Origin: an uncultured Candidatus Saccharibacteria bacterium
GTDB taxonomy: Bacteria; Patescibacteriota; Minisyncoccia; Phycocordibacterales; UBA2100
DNA: 64,000 nucleotides
Direction: 5' to 3'
Assembly: GCA_964399865.1 (NCBI GenBank)
Contig: CAYNRJ010000001.1
Span: 2,315-66,314, forward strand
Below the pieces are notes generated by a model, which saw nothing but the letters and a program-made list of their open reading frames with translations, searched no databases and was not told the origin of the DNA. Shown here piece by piece: positions 55,836-64,000 of this stretch (within the stretch, counting starts at the first letter, position 1; every line of letters begins with the position of its first letter). The translations under genes and the position numbers were made by a program.

Positions 55836-56064
55836 CGTAGTCCTCGTTCAAGTTAGACCCTCGACGACCGATTATCGGTCGTAGTAGGGCAGCTCACGTC
55901 CCTCCGTCCGCATGTTTCCATGAGGTGAGCGGCGTGTATCTCAACCGTACTGCTGAGGCCATAATGCGTCAAGAAGAGGTTGGGAGTAGCTACGCGGGTG
56001 CTTTTTGTAGTTGACTTCGGGAATTTATTTGATAAGATGCTTACCTATTTAGTATCTTACATAT

Positions 56065-56499
56065 ATGAAAGATCGCGAACAGAAGGTGGCCGAGCTCATG
56101 GAAGATTTTCATTCCTTGAAGCATTCCATGGCGTTTCAGCCACCCCGAAATACCTCTGTGCCTCATATCACCCCCTCTCAGTGGAGCGCGCTTATGGTCG
56201 TAGGTACTCATATTGGCAGTACGGTAAAAGATGTTGCCGCCTCTTTGTGCATCACAAGCAGTGCTGCCACTCAGCTAGTGGACGGATTGGTAAAAAGCGG
56301 ATATGTTTTGCGCCAGCCAAGCAAGAAAGACCGCCGAACAGTGCAACTCATCCTTCCAAAGAAGACTTCTGTACAAATGGAGAAAATGAAGAGGCAATTT
56401 TTACGCAAATTTGTCGACCTGTTCGACGTACTAGACGACGAGGAGTTTGATCTATACCTGAAACTTAATAAAAAAATTACTCACAAATTTAAGAAATAA
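56065..56499 (+). CDS. MarR-family transcriptional regulator.
   Basis: wHTH: LTPSQWSALMVVGTHIGSTVKDVAASLCITSSAATQLVDGLVKSGYVLRQPSKKDRRTV. Confidence 0.75.
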   Translation: MKDREQKVAELMEDFHSLKHSMAFQPPRNTSVPHITPSQWSALMVVGTHIGSTVKDVAASLCITSSAATQLVDGLVKSGYVLRQPSKKDRRTVQLILPKKTSVQMEKMKRQFLRKFVDLFDVLDDEEFDLYLKLNKKITHKFKK

Positions 56500-56500
56500 T

Positions 56501-58057
56501 ATGAATATACTTCGCAAAATCGTTCAGTTCATAAAGAACCTTCAACTCTGGGCAAAGATTGTGGGAGGAATACTCCTTGCGGTTGTTCTCATCTTGATTG
56601 TGAGCGCCATAACAAAATCTGGCGATGCTACAGATACGCCCCTAAACGTTGCCCATGTGCAAGTCTCAACAGTCGCGAGCTTGTCTGACGAAGCAGGTCC
56701 ACTTCCTGTTACTGGCAAAGTGACCTCTGTAAATAAGGCAAGTATTCTTGCGGTCTCTTCTGGTGAGATCGTAAGTCTCAGACGCTCCCTCGGCGATCGT
56801 GTTGCAGCTGGCGAAGTGATCGCAAGTTTTGAGAATAGTAGCCAGCGAGCTGCCGTGCTCCAAGCCCAGGGTGCATATGAAGGTGCTCTTGCCGCTCTCG
56901 CTAAAGCAAAGGGAAGTCAGAGCGGATCAAATGCTACCGTGTCGGCAAACGCAGCGCTAAAGAGTGCATACGCTACGCTAGACGATGCAGTGCATACGAA
57001 AGCAGATACGCTTTTCACTAACCCTCGCACAAGCATTGCTGACCTCATCCTACTTGTGCCTGATGATCAGCTCGTACGACGTATTGAAAGTCAGAGAGTT
57101 CAGCTCGAACCTCAGCTTCAGAGCGTAAGTACGTTTGGCTCCGATCCATCGAACGCCAATATCGACTCAAACATTACAACTATGACAGACCGTGCCAGAG
57201 TAGTTGAGGCACTTCTCAGTGATCTAGTTTCAGCTCTCACAAAGGCTATTCCGACAACGGACGTGACGTCAACCGAAATTGCGACTTATCAAGCATCAAT
57301 CGGAGCTGCTCGGAGCGCTGTTATAGGAGTCATGTCGTCTTTGTCGGCTGCAAAGAGCGCCTACAACAGTACCGTCTCAGGAACATCATCAAACATAGAG
57401 ACAGCAAATGATATCGCAAGTGCTGAAGCAAATGTAAAAACTGCTCTTGGCGGGTTGAATGCGGCTAACTCAAATCTTGAAAAAACAATAATTCGCGCAC
57501 CAATTTCGGGCACCATCGTAAGTCTCCCGATCACGCGAGGTGGGTACGTGTCTGCATTTACGCAGGTTGCTCAAATATCAAACCCGAGCGCGCTTGAGAT
57601 CGAGGCATACGTGACTTCAGCCGACGCTAAGACGCTCGCAGTCGGCGGTAAAGTTCTGATCGAAGGAGGAGCAAACGGCGTGATCGTGTTTATCGCACCA
57701 GCAATCGATCCATCGACAGGTAAGATCCAAGTGAAGATCGGAATTCCAGGGAGTCAAAGCACTCTCACAGATGGTGATACTGTGACTCTTACGCTTAGTC
57801 GCGCCACCGCAAACAATGCAAAAACTACGGTACAGAAATCGATCAGCATTCCTCTAGCCGCTACAAAAATTACACCGAACGGACCAATAGTGTTTACGGT
57901 GAGTTCGAGCACGCTTGTTTCAAAGCAAATAAAACTAGGCGCGATTCTAGGCGGGAAGGTGACTGTGACCGAAGGTCTTACTCTCGATATGGAGATCGTG
58001 ACTGATGCCAGAGGACTTTCCGATGGGCAAAATGTGATCGTCGATCAAACAGAGTAA
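56501..58057 (+). CDS. Efflux RND periplasmic adaptor (MFP/HlyD-like) with a long coiled-coil hairpin.
   Basis: N-terminal TM; IIRAPISGTIVSLPITRGGYVS lipoyl/beta-barrel motif. Confidence 0.7.
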   Translation: MNILRKIVQFIKNLQLWAKIVGGILLAVVLILIVSAITKSGDATDTPLNVAHVQVSTVASLSDEAGPLPVTGKVTSVNKASILAVSSGEIVSLRRSLGDRVAAGEVIASFENSSQRAAVLQAQGAYEGALAALAKAKGSQSGSNATVSANAALKSAYATLDDAVHTKADTLFTNPRTSIADLILLVPDDQLVRRIESQRVQLEPQLQSVSTFGSDPSNANIDSNITTMTDRARVVEALLSDLVSALTKAIPTTDVTSTEIATYQASIGAARSAVIGVMSSLSAAKSAYNSTVSGTSSNIETANDIASAEANVKTALGGLNAANSNLEKTIIRAPISGTIVSLPITRGGYVSAFTQVAQISNPSALEIEAYVTSADAKTLAVGGKVLIEGGANGVIVFIAPAIDPSTGKIQVKIGIPGSQSTLTDGDTVTLTLSRATANNAKTTVQKSISIPLAATKITPNGPIVFTVSSSTLVSKQIKLGAILGGKVTVTEGLTLDMEIVTDARGLSDGQNVIVDQTE

Positions 58058-58062
58058 ATCGT

Positions 58063-61000
58063 ATGGTGAAATTTTGGAATTTCTTTCTGCTCAGGAAACA
58101 GTTCAGCTATGTGCTCATAGCCGTGCTTCTCATTGCGGGAGCATACTCACTCCTGAATATTCCGAAGGAGAACTTCCCTTCAATAAACATTCCACAAGCT
58201 TTCGTTACAGCGTCTCTTCCAGGGGCATCCGCCGAAGACATGGAGACCTTGGTAACTAATAAACTTGAGGCTCAGATTTCCGGCATCAGCAATATTGACA
58301 CGATCACTTCAACCTCGGGGGAAGGAATAACTCAGATCATCGTGCAGTTCACAGGGAATGCGGACACCAATCAATCCATCCAGGATTTGCGTGATGCGGT
58401 CGCAAGAGCAACTCCGAACCTTCCCTCTGACGTCACGACCCCGCAAGTCATCAAACTCAATTTCAGCGATCAGCCAATAGTAGTCGTCTCGATATCCGGT
58501 AATTTGTCCCCCCTTGAATTTTCTGATCTTGGTCAGGAGATCTCTGATGAGCTTTTAAATATCTCAGGTGTGTCAGAAGTCAGTGTCGCGGGTATTCCGA
58601 AGCGTGAAGTGAACGTTATCGTGCGCAAGGAGCGCCTGGAGCAGTACGGACTACGTATTACCGACGTCATCGGTGCAATTAGTGGAAGTAATGCTGCGCT
58701 GCCTGCGGGCCGCATATCAATAGAAGGGATCAATTACAACGTTAATTTTAAGGGTGGGATTACTGACCCGGATCAACTAAGGGACATAGCAATCTCTACA
58801 CGAAGTGGGGTACCTATATATTTGAGAGACATTGCGGAAATATCGGATGGGTTAGCGGCAGCAAGTACGTACTCTCGCGTTTCCCTCCACGGAAAGCCAA
58901 GTGAACAAGCGATCACGCTTCAGGTCTTAAAACAGTCCACGGGAAGCGTGCAGGGCGTCGCAAATGCAGTAAAGGAGAAAATTGTTGAATTACAGAAAAC
59001 ATCTCTTGCTGGCCTTGATGTCTTCGTCCCGCCTTCAACGGACCAAGGAATACAGGTGAGCGAGCAGCTCGGGTCTCTTACAGAAACTGGTGTCATTACA
59101 GTTATTCTCGTTATCTTGGTCCTATTAGTGACGATCGGATGGCGCGAATCTCTTGTTGCTGCGCTCGCAATCCCTCTCTCATTCCTCATCGCATTCATCG
59201 GACTTCACTTCACAGGGAACACTCTCAACTTCATAAGCCTTTTCGCGCTTATTCTTGCCGTGGGTATTTTGGTGGACTCTGGCATTGTCGTTACGGAAGC
59301 CATACACGCACGCATGAAAGTATTCCCGACTGCAATCGAGGCGGCGTTTGCTGCGCTCCGTGACTACGCATGGCCGCTCGTGGCAGGGACGTTCGCGACG
59401 ATCGCTGTCTTTGCTCCGTTATTCTTCATTTCGGGGATCGTCGGTAAATTTATCGCAGGTATTCCGTACACCCTTATCTTCGTCCTCATTGCATCAATTT
59501 TCGTGGCTCTCGGCATCGTGCCTCTCATTGCGGTCATGTTTACAAAGAGAAATCCAAACCGCATGGAACAAATGCAGGAGGAGTACACTTCGAAAGTAAC
59601 GGTTTGGTATACGGAAAAATTGCGTGCATTCCTCGGGAAGCGACGCTTACAAAAAATATTCCTTACGTCCCTGATCGGCTTACTGTTTGTATCGTTCACG
59701 CTTCCGATGATAGGTCTTGTGTCCGTGACCTTCTTCCCGCAAGACGATTTGGATTTCGTGTATATCAACATCAAAAAAGCAGAAGGCACTGTTCTTGCTC
59801 AGACTGACCTGACTGTACGCGCTATCGAGGAAATACTCTACCAGGATGAGGATATAGAGTCGTTCCAAACGACTGTTGGGCAAAGCTCGATGCTTACGGG
59901 AGAAGGCTCATCCGGTAGCAATCAAGCGAACATAACAATAAATCTTCCAGAGGATCGTAAGAAAACGAGTACGGAAGTCTCAAATGACATCCGAGAAAAG
60001 CTTGCGGTAATTACTGACGCGGACATTCAGGTGCTGCAGCCAAGCAATGGACCCCCTGCGGGAGCGCCTATCCAGATCCAATTCGTTGGAGACAATACCG
60101 ACGAATTGATTCTAGCAACAGAAAAGGGTAAACAACTTCTTTCGTCACTCCCTAATGTACACACGATAACTTCAAGTACAGAAAAGAATGGCATCGAATT
60201 CAATCTCACGATCGATCGTGCAAAGGCAACTGCGCTCGGACTTAATACACAGCTCATCGCTCAGACCCTGCGTGCTGCCGTAAACGGCACAAAAGCGACA
60301 AGCATCACACAGACGAATCAAAACATCGATGTGGTCGTCAAGATGAATCTCAACCCTGCATACACTGATCCTTCGAATACTGCTGAAGCGACAATAGATA
60401 GTATTAAAAATCTCACAATTCAGGGGCCATCCGGGCCGGTACTACTTGGTTCAATTTTGAAGGACAGCCTAGATATGAGTAATGCGACAGTTTCTCACAA
60501 GGATAAAAAGCGCATTGAGACCATCTCTGCATATCCAAATGACACGACCACAGCGACCGCAGTTGTTGCTGAGTTCCAGAAACGATCAGGTGAGCTCAAC
60601 CTACCTTCTAGCGTCACGATCTCGTATGGCGGAGAGAGCGAGAGTATCAATCAGTCGTTTACGGAGATGTTCATCGCCCTCATTGCTGGATTAGTTCTCA
60701 TGTTCGTTATCCTCGTCATATCGTTTAACTCCATCCGCTACACATTGCAATTGTTATCCATCGTCCCGCTCGCACTCATCGGGGTCCTATGGGGGCTCGC
60801 AGTTACGGGACAATCACTCTCGTTCACATCGCTACTCGGTGTCATTGGTCTTGGCGGCGTTATAATTAACCACGCCATCATTCTCATGGATTCCCTCATT
60901 AAGAATCTGCACGCTGAGCCGGATAAAGATCTCTTGGATATTGTCGTTGAATCAAGCGAAACAAGATTCCGACCGATCGTGCTTACAACGATCGCAACGG

Positions 61001-61194
61001 TGATTGGCATGATCCCGCTTGCGATATCTAATCCTACCTGGGGACCATTCGCGTTCACGGTCATGTTCGGTCTGGCGTTCGCAATTTGTCTCACACTTGT
61101 ACTCGTCCCGATGATGTTCTATCGCTCAGTGCAGAAGCAGCGGGCTAAGATTGCAAAAAAGACACTCGCTGGTGCAACAAGTGCGACGAATTAA
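58063..61194 (+). CDS. RND-superfamily efflux permease (AcrB/MMPL-like, 12 TM, two large periplasmic loops).
   Basis: 1043 aa; characteristic TM1, large loop, TM2-6 duplicated; GILVDSGIVVTEAIHARM motif. Confidence 0.85.
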   Translation: MVKFWNFFLLRKQFSYVLIAVLLIAGAYSLLNIPKENFPSINIPQAFVTASLPGASAEDMETLVTNKLEAQISGISNIDTITSTSGEGITQIIVQFTGNADTNQSIQDLRDAVARATPNLPSDVTTPQVIKLNFSDQPIVVVSISGNLSPLEFSDLGQEISDELLNISGVSEVSVAGIPKREVNVIVRKERLEQYGLRITDVIGAISGSNAALPAGRISIEGINYNVNFKGGITDPDQLRDIAISTRSGVPIYLRDIAEISDGLAAASTYSRVSLHGKPSEQAITLQVLKQSTGSVQGVANAVKEKIVELQKTSLAGLDVFVPPSTDQGIQVSEQLGSLTETGVITVILVILVLLVTIGWRESLVAALAIPLSFLIAFIGLHFTGNTLNFISLFALILAVGILVDSGIVVTEAIHARMKVFPTAIEAAFAALRDYAWPLVAGTFATIAVFAPLFFISGIVGKFIAGIPYTLIFVLIASIFVALGIVPLIAVMFTKRNPNRMEQMQEEYTSKVTVWYTEKLRAFLGKRRLQKIFLTSLIGLLFVSFTLPMIGLVSVTFFPQDDLDFVYINIKKAEGTVLAQTDLTVRAIEEILYQDEDIESFQTTVGQSSMLTGEGSSGSNQANITINLPEDRKKTSTEVSNDIREKLAVITDADIQVLQPSNGPPAGAPIQIQFVGDNTDELILATEKGKQLLSSLPNVHTITSSTEKNGIEFNLTIDRAKATALGLNTQLIAQTLRAAVNGTKATSITQTNQNIDVVVKMNLNPAYTDPSNTAEATIDSIKNLTIQGPSGPVLLGSILKDSLDMSNATVSHKDKKRIETISAYPNDTTTATAVVAEFQKRSGELNLPSSVTISYGGESESINQSFTEMFIALIAGLVLMFVILVISFNSIRYTLQLLSIVPLALIGVLWGLAVTGQSLSFTSLLGVIGLGGVIINHAIILMDSLIKNLHAEPDKDLLDIVVESSETRFRPIVLTTIATVIGMIPLAISNPTWGPFAFTVMFGLAFAICLTLVLVPMMFYRSVQKQRAKIAKKTLAGATSATN

Positions 61195-61195
61195 T

Positions 61196-61654
61196 ATGCC
61201 CGAAGGATCTGTAGCTCTCTCCTGGAAAGACATCGAGAAGCTTGCAAAGGATCTCGCAGAGAAGGTGCGAGGGAGCGGATTTGAAGCTGATTGGCTCATT
61301 GGTATCGCAAACGGTGGTCTTGTCCCGCTTCTTTTAATGACGCGTGCACTCGGTGCTAAAAACACAACGACTATCTCCGCACGCTCATACGACGGCAAAG
61401 TACAAGGCGACGTGCTCGTGACGGCTCTCCCGGACATCGATTTGAAAGGTAAGAAAGTACTGTTGATTGACGAGACAGCGGAACACGGCACCACTCTAAG
61501 ACACGTATCCGACATATTGAAGAAACAGTATGAGGTAGGGGAATTAAGAACGGCTGTACTTGTCCGCAAAAATCATTGCGCGCTCGAAATTGATTACCAC
61601 GTTATGGAAACTAGTGCCTGGATCGACTTTCCGTGGGACGAGGCGAGTGGTTGA
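61196..61654 (+). CDS. Xanthine/guanine phosphoribosyltransferase-like type I PRTase.
   Basis: SWKDIEKLAKDLA, PRPP-binding loop VLLIDETAEHGTTL, C-terminal WIDFPWD; architecture like Gpt. Confidence 0.7.
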   Translation: MPEGSVALSWKDIEKLAKDLAEKVRGSGFEADWLIGIANGGLVPLLLMTRALGAKNTTTISARSYDGKVQGDVLVTALPDIDLKGKKVLLIDETAEHGTTLRHVSDILKKQYEVGELRTAVLVRKNHCALEIDYHVMETSAWIDFPWDEASG

Positions 61655-61782
61655 CAGAAAATAGGCGACTGATACATTTTTTGTATGCAAAAGAATGTGC
61701 AGGTAATGATGATGGCGATGATGACCCTCAAAGCGGAGGCGTTTTGCCTGCATATCTAATCTCAAACAGACATTCAGACAAA

Positions 61783-61808
61783 AACCCTCCGCTCGGAGGG
61801 TTTTTTGT
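61783..61808 (+). terminator. Rho-independent terminator (aaaaccctcc-gctc-ggagggtttttt).
   Basis: Sequence read directly. Confidence 0.7.
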
Positions 61809-61828
61809 TCTTTACATGGGAGGATGTC

Positions 61829-62038
61829 ATGCAATGTTCTGTATGCGGATATCCCGCGAAGATTTCGTTCTGGTCTCGGCCGATTCAAGGAGGCGCTCGC
61901 AAGGCCGTTTTCGTGTGTGACGAATCATGCAAGGCCCAGAAATTGGAGCTCCTTGCCGAAAACGGCTATAGGGAAGCCCCTCCAACTGAGATCTTAGGGT
62001 GGGATGTGTTTCGTCCACTTTTTACGGGGGACGAATAA
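61829..62038 (+). CDS. Small zinc-ribbon protein (CxxC…CxxxC).
   Basis: MQCSVCGYPAKISFW…VFVCDESCKAQ; GGGAGGA RBS. Confidence 0.4.
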   Translation: MQCSVCGYPAKISFWSRPIQGGARKAVFVCDESCKAQKLELLAENGYREAPPTEILGWDVFRPLFTGDE

Positions 62039-62072
62039 GCCGGCGACACAGGGAGTCGCCGGCTTCTTCTTT
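62039..62072 (+). terminator. Rho-independent terminator (gccggcgac-acaggga-gtcgccggc followed by ttcttcttt).
   Basis: Sequence read directly. Confidence 0.7.
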
Positions 62073-62099
62073 ATACGCACTGTGGTAGTATGAAGACTA

Positions 62100-62933
62100 A
62101 TGAGTCGTAGTTTCCGCGCACTTCTGGAAGACCGTTGGGCAGAAGGAAAGTTTTTGTGCGTGGGGCTCGACAGTGATCTCGCGAAAATACCTGAAAGCGT
62201 CCAGAAAGAAAATACTCGTGCAACGATCGTGGCCTTCAACCGCGCCATCGTGGATGCGACAAAGGATCTTGTATGTGCATACAAGCCGAATTCGGCGTTT
62301 TACGAGGCATATGGCGACGAAGGGGTTGCAGCTCTTCGAGAGACTATTCAATACATTAGAGATGCTGCTCCCGAGGTGCCGATCATCCTTGATGCTAAGC
62401 GGGCCGACATCCTGAGTACTAATGAACTCTATGCGCGCTCTGCATTCGATCATCTACAAGCAGACGCTCTCACTATCCAGCCATACCCAGGAAAGGCAGC
62501 GCTACAACCTTTTCTAGACCGCAAGGAAAAAGGCATCATTGTATGGTGCCGCACTTCAAATGAAGGGGCAGGGGAATTTCAAGATCTAAAAATCGATGGT
62601 AAGCCGCTGTATAAAGTTGTTGCAGAGCATGTGGCGCAAGAGTGGAATGCAAACGGCAACTGCCTCATAGTCGTAGGTGCAACATACCCAGAAGAATTGA
62701 GAGAGGTCCGAGCAATAGTGGGAGAGATGCCGATACTGATTCCAGGCGTCGGCGCGCAAGGGGGCGATATTCAAAAGGTGACGGAGGCTGGTCGGACTGC
62801 AAACGGTAAGGGCTTAATTGTGAGTGCCTCTCGCTCAATCATTTTCGCGTCCTCAGGTACAGACTTTGCAGAACAGGCACGAGTTCAAGCCACAGAACTT
62901 CATAGCCAACTTAAGAAGGCGATGATAGGATAA
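62100..62933 (+). CDS. pyrF: Orotidine 5'-phosphate decarboxylase (type 2, long form).
   Basis: LCVGLDSDL, ILDAKRADI, PGVGAQGG motifs. Confidence 0.8.
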   Translation: MSRSFRALLEDRWAEGKFLCVGLDSDLAKIPESVQKENTRATIVAFNRAIVDATKDLVCAYKPNSAFYEAYGDEGVAALRETIQYIRDAAPEVPIILDAKRADILSTNELYARSAFDHLQADALTIQPYPGKAALQPFLDRKEKGIIVWCRTSNEGAGEFQDLKIDGKPLYKVVAEHVAQEWNANGNCLIVVGATYPEELREVRAIVGEMPILIPGVGAQGGDIQKVTEAGRTANGKGLIVSASRSIIFASSGTDFAEQARVQATELHSQLKKAMIG

Positions 62934-62941
62934 TCCCTAAT

Positions 62942-63574
62942 ATGATGACCGATCAGGAGGTGCTGGAGACACTCGAGAATGTAGGAGCATTCCGTGCAGG
63001 TCATTTTGTGTATACGTCGGGAAGGCACGGTGATTCATACGTAAACAAGGACGCTCTCTATACCCATACACACGAACTCTCGAAGTTGTGCCGTTCTATT
63101 GCGGAGCGTTTTGCTGACAAAGGTATCGAAGTTGTCATTGGGCCCGCTGTTGGCGCTGCAATTCTCTCACAATGGGTAGCATATTTTCTTACGGAAATAA
63201 CAAAGAAAGAAGTTTTCGCGACATTCGCGGATAAAGATGGCCAAGGTGGGTTTATCGTTAAGCGCGGATACGAGAAGATAATTGCCGGAAAGAAAACCCT
63301 CGTCGTCGAGGATCTTACAACGACCGGCGGCTCACTGAAGAAAGTTGTAGAGGTCGCACGCGCAGGTGGTGCAGACGTGGTAGCAGCGGTTGTAGTCTGT
63401 AATAGAGGCGAAGTGAAGAAAGAGGACGTAGGTAATCCGACGGAATTTGTATCGTTGGTAAGTCTCGAGCTCGAGTCGTGGGCAGAGTCAGAATGCGAAC
63501 TATGTGCGAAGAATATTCCAGTAAATACGGATATTGGCCACGGAAAAGACTTCTTGGCCAGACAGAAAAAGTAG
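62942..63574 (+). CDS. pyrE: Orotate phosphoribosyltransferase.
   Basis: PRPP loop LVVEDLTTTGGSL; OPRTase length. Confidence 0.8.
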   Translation: MMTDQEVLETLENVGAFRAGHFVYTSGRHGDSYVNKDALYTHTHELSKLCRSIAERFADKGIEVVIGPAVGAAILSQWVAYFLTEITKKEVFATFADKDGQGGFIVKRGYEKIIAGKKTLVVEDLTTTGGSLKKVVEVARAGGADVVAAVVVCNRGEVKKEDVGNPTEFVSLVSLELESWAESECELCAKNIPVNTDIGHGKDFLARQKK

Positions 63575-63615
63575 TCGTGATATACTATTTTCATACCAGT
63601 TTAGTCTAAATTCCC

Positions 63616-64000
63616 ATGAAGAACTTTCTTATAGCCCTAATTGTTTTAGCAGTTCTAGGTGGGGGGTATCTTTGGTGGAAAAATGGCAATACCGAAGAAA
63701 CTCCAACACCAACAGACACGGTTTCTGGCGAGACCTCAGAAACGCCAGCAGGAATACCTGAAGGCGCTGTTATGGAAGACGGCACTATCCCAGACGAGAG
63801 CACTGGCTCTGGAAGTACGTTCACGATGACTCTAGTATCTTCTCACAATACCAACGCTTCATGCTGGAGTGTTATCGACGGTAACGTATACGATCTCACC
63901 AAATGGATCGGTCAGCACCCAGGAGGAGCTCAGGCAATCTCACAGCTCTGCGGTAAGGATGGTACGGCCGCATTTCATGGTCAGCATGGAGACCGGAAAC
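63616..64000 (+). CDS. Signal-anchored cytochrome b5-like heme-binding domain protein, 3'-partial (runs off the window).
   Basis: MKNFLIALIVLAVLGGGYLWW…; HNTNASCWSVIDGNVYDLTKWIGQHPGGAQAISQLCGKDGTAAFHGQHG matches the cyt-b5 HPGG pattern. Confidence 0.55.
   Translation, partial: MKNFLIALIVLAVLGGGYLWWKNGNTEETPTPTDTVSGETSETPAGIPEGAVMEDGTIPDESTGSGSTFTMTLVSSHNTNASCWSVIDGNVYDLTKWIGQHPGGAQAISQLCGKDGTAAFHGQHGDRK

Noticed and set aside
55202-55856. Four overlapping ORFs in the track (55202..55639 -, 55440..55856 +, 55567..55851 -, 55365..55835 -).
   Set aside because: Same high-GC artefact. Only 55365..55835 (-) has a start codon with a signal peptide and coherent codon periodicity; the others were not reported.
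1-64000. Searched for transposases, integrases, phage structural genes other than the tail-fibre-like protein, and toxin-antitoxin pairs.
   Set aside because: None recognised. The tail-fibre-like giant protein has no adjacent phage morphogenesis genes, so it is interpreted as a cellular surface protein and not as prophage.

Overview
This 64 kb window comes from a compact, mostly plus-strand genome of roughly 48-50% GC. The gene content suggests an uncultivated, possibly Patescibacteria/CPR-like lineage; that is inference only. It opens with the 3' 6.5 kb of a giant (>2067 aa) tail-fibre-like surface protein and a cohesin/dockerin surface module. This is followed by a block of small membrane proteins, a sugar/trehalose block (GH18, a six-hairpin glycosidase, a ROK kinase, a sensor-fused OtsA and an IMPase), and then housekeeping genes (P-type ATPase, typA, msrB, pyrD, glmS, metK, maf, nth, murF-like, ddl, rnj, secG, groES/groEL, lemA-htpX, tRNA-Ser, a MarR-MFP-RND efflux operon, pyrF, pyrE). 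I found no CRISPR array, transposase or integrase.

Observations worth a second look:
- A non-cellulosomal cohesin-dockerin surface module next to the giant fibre protein.
- A membrane-anchored Cache-like sensor-TM-HAMP domain fused to the trehalose-6-phosphate synthase OtsA.
- A repeated ~100-nt GC-rich structured intergenic element present in two full copies (after a HAD gene and after groEL), with compensatory base changes in three helices, plus a related multi-hairpin spacer between murF and ddl.
- Three small GC3-rich single-gene islets (about 58-65% GC) encoding membrane or secreted proteins, each with GC-rich hairpin terminators; these are candidate horizontal acquisitions.
- A 44-aa hydrophobic micro-ORF with a perfect terminator.

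Every identification is from reading the translated ORFs and the DNA by eye. No database searches were run.
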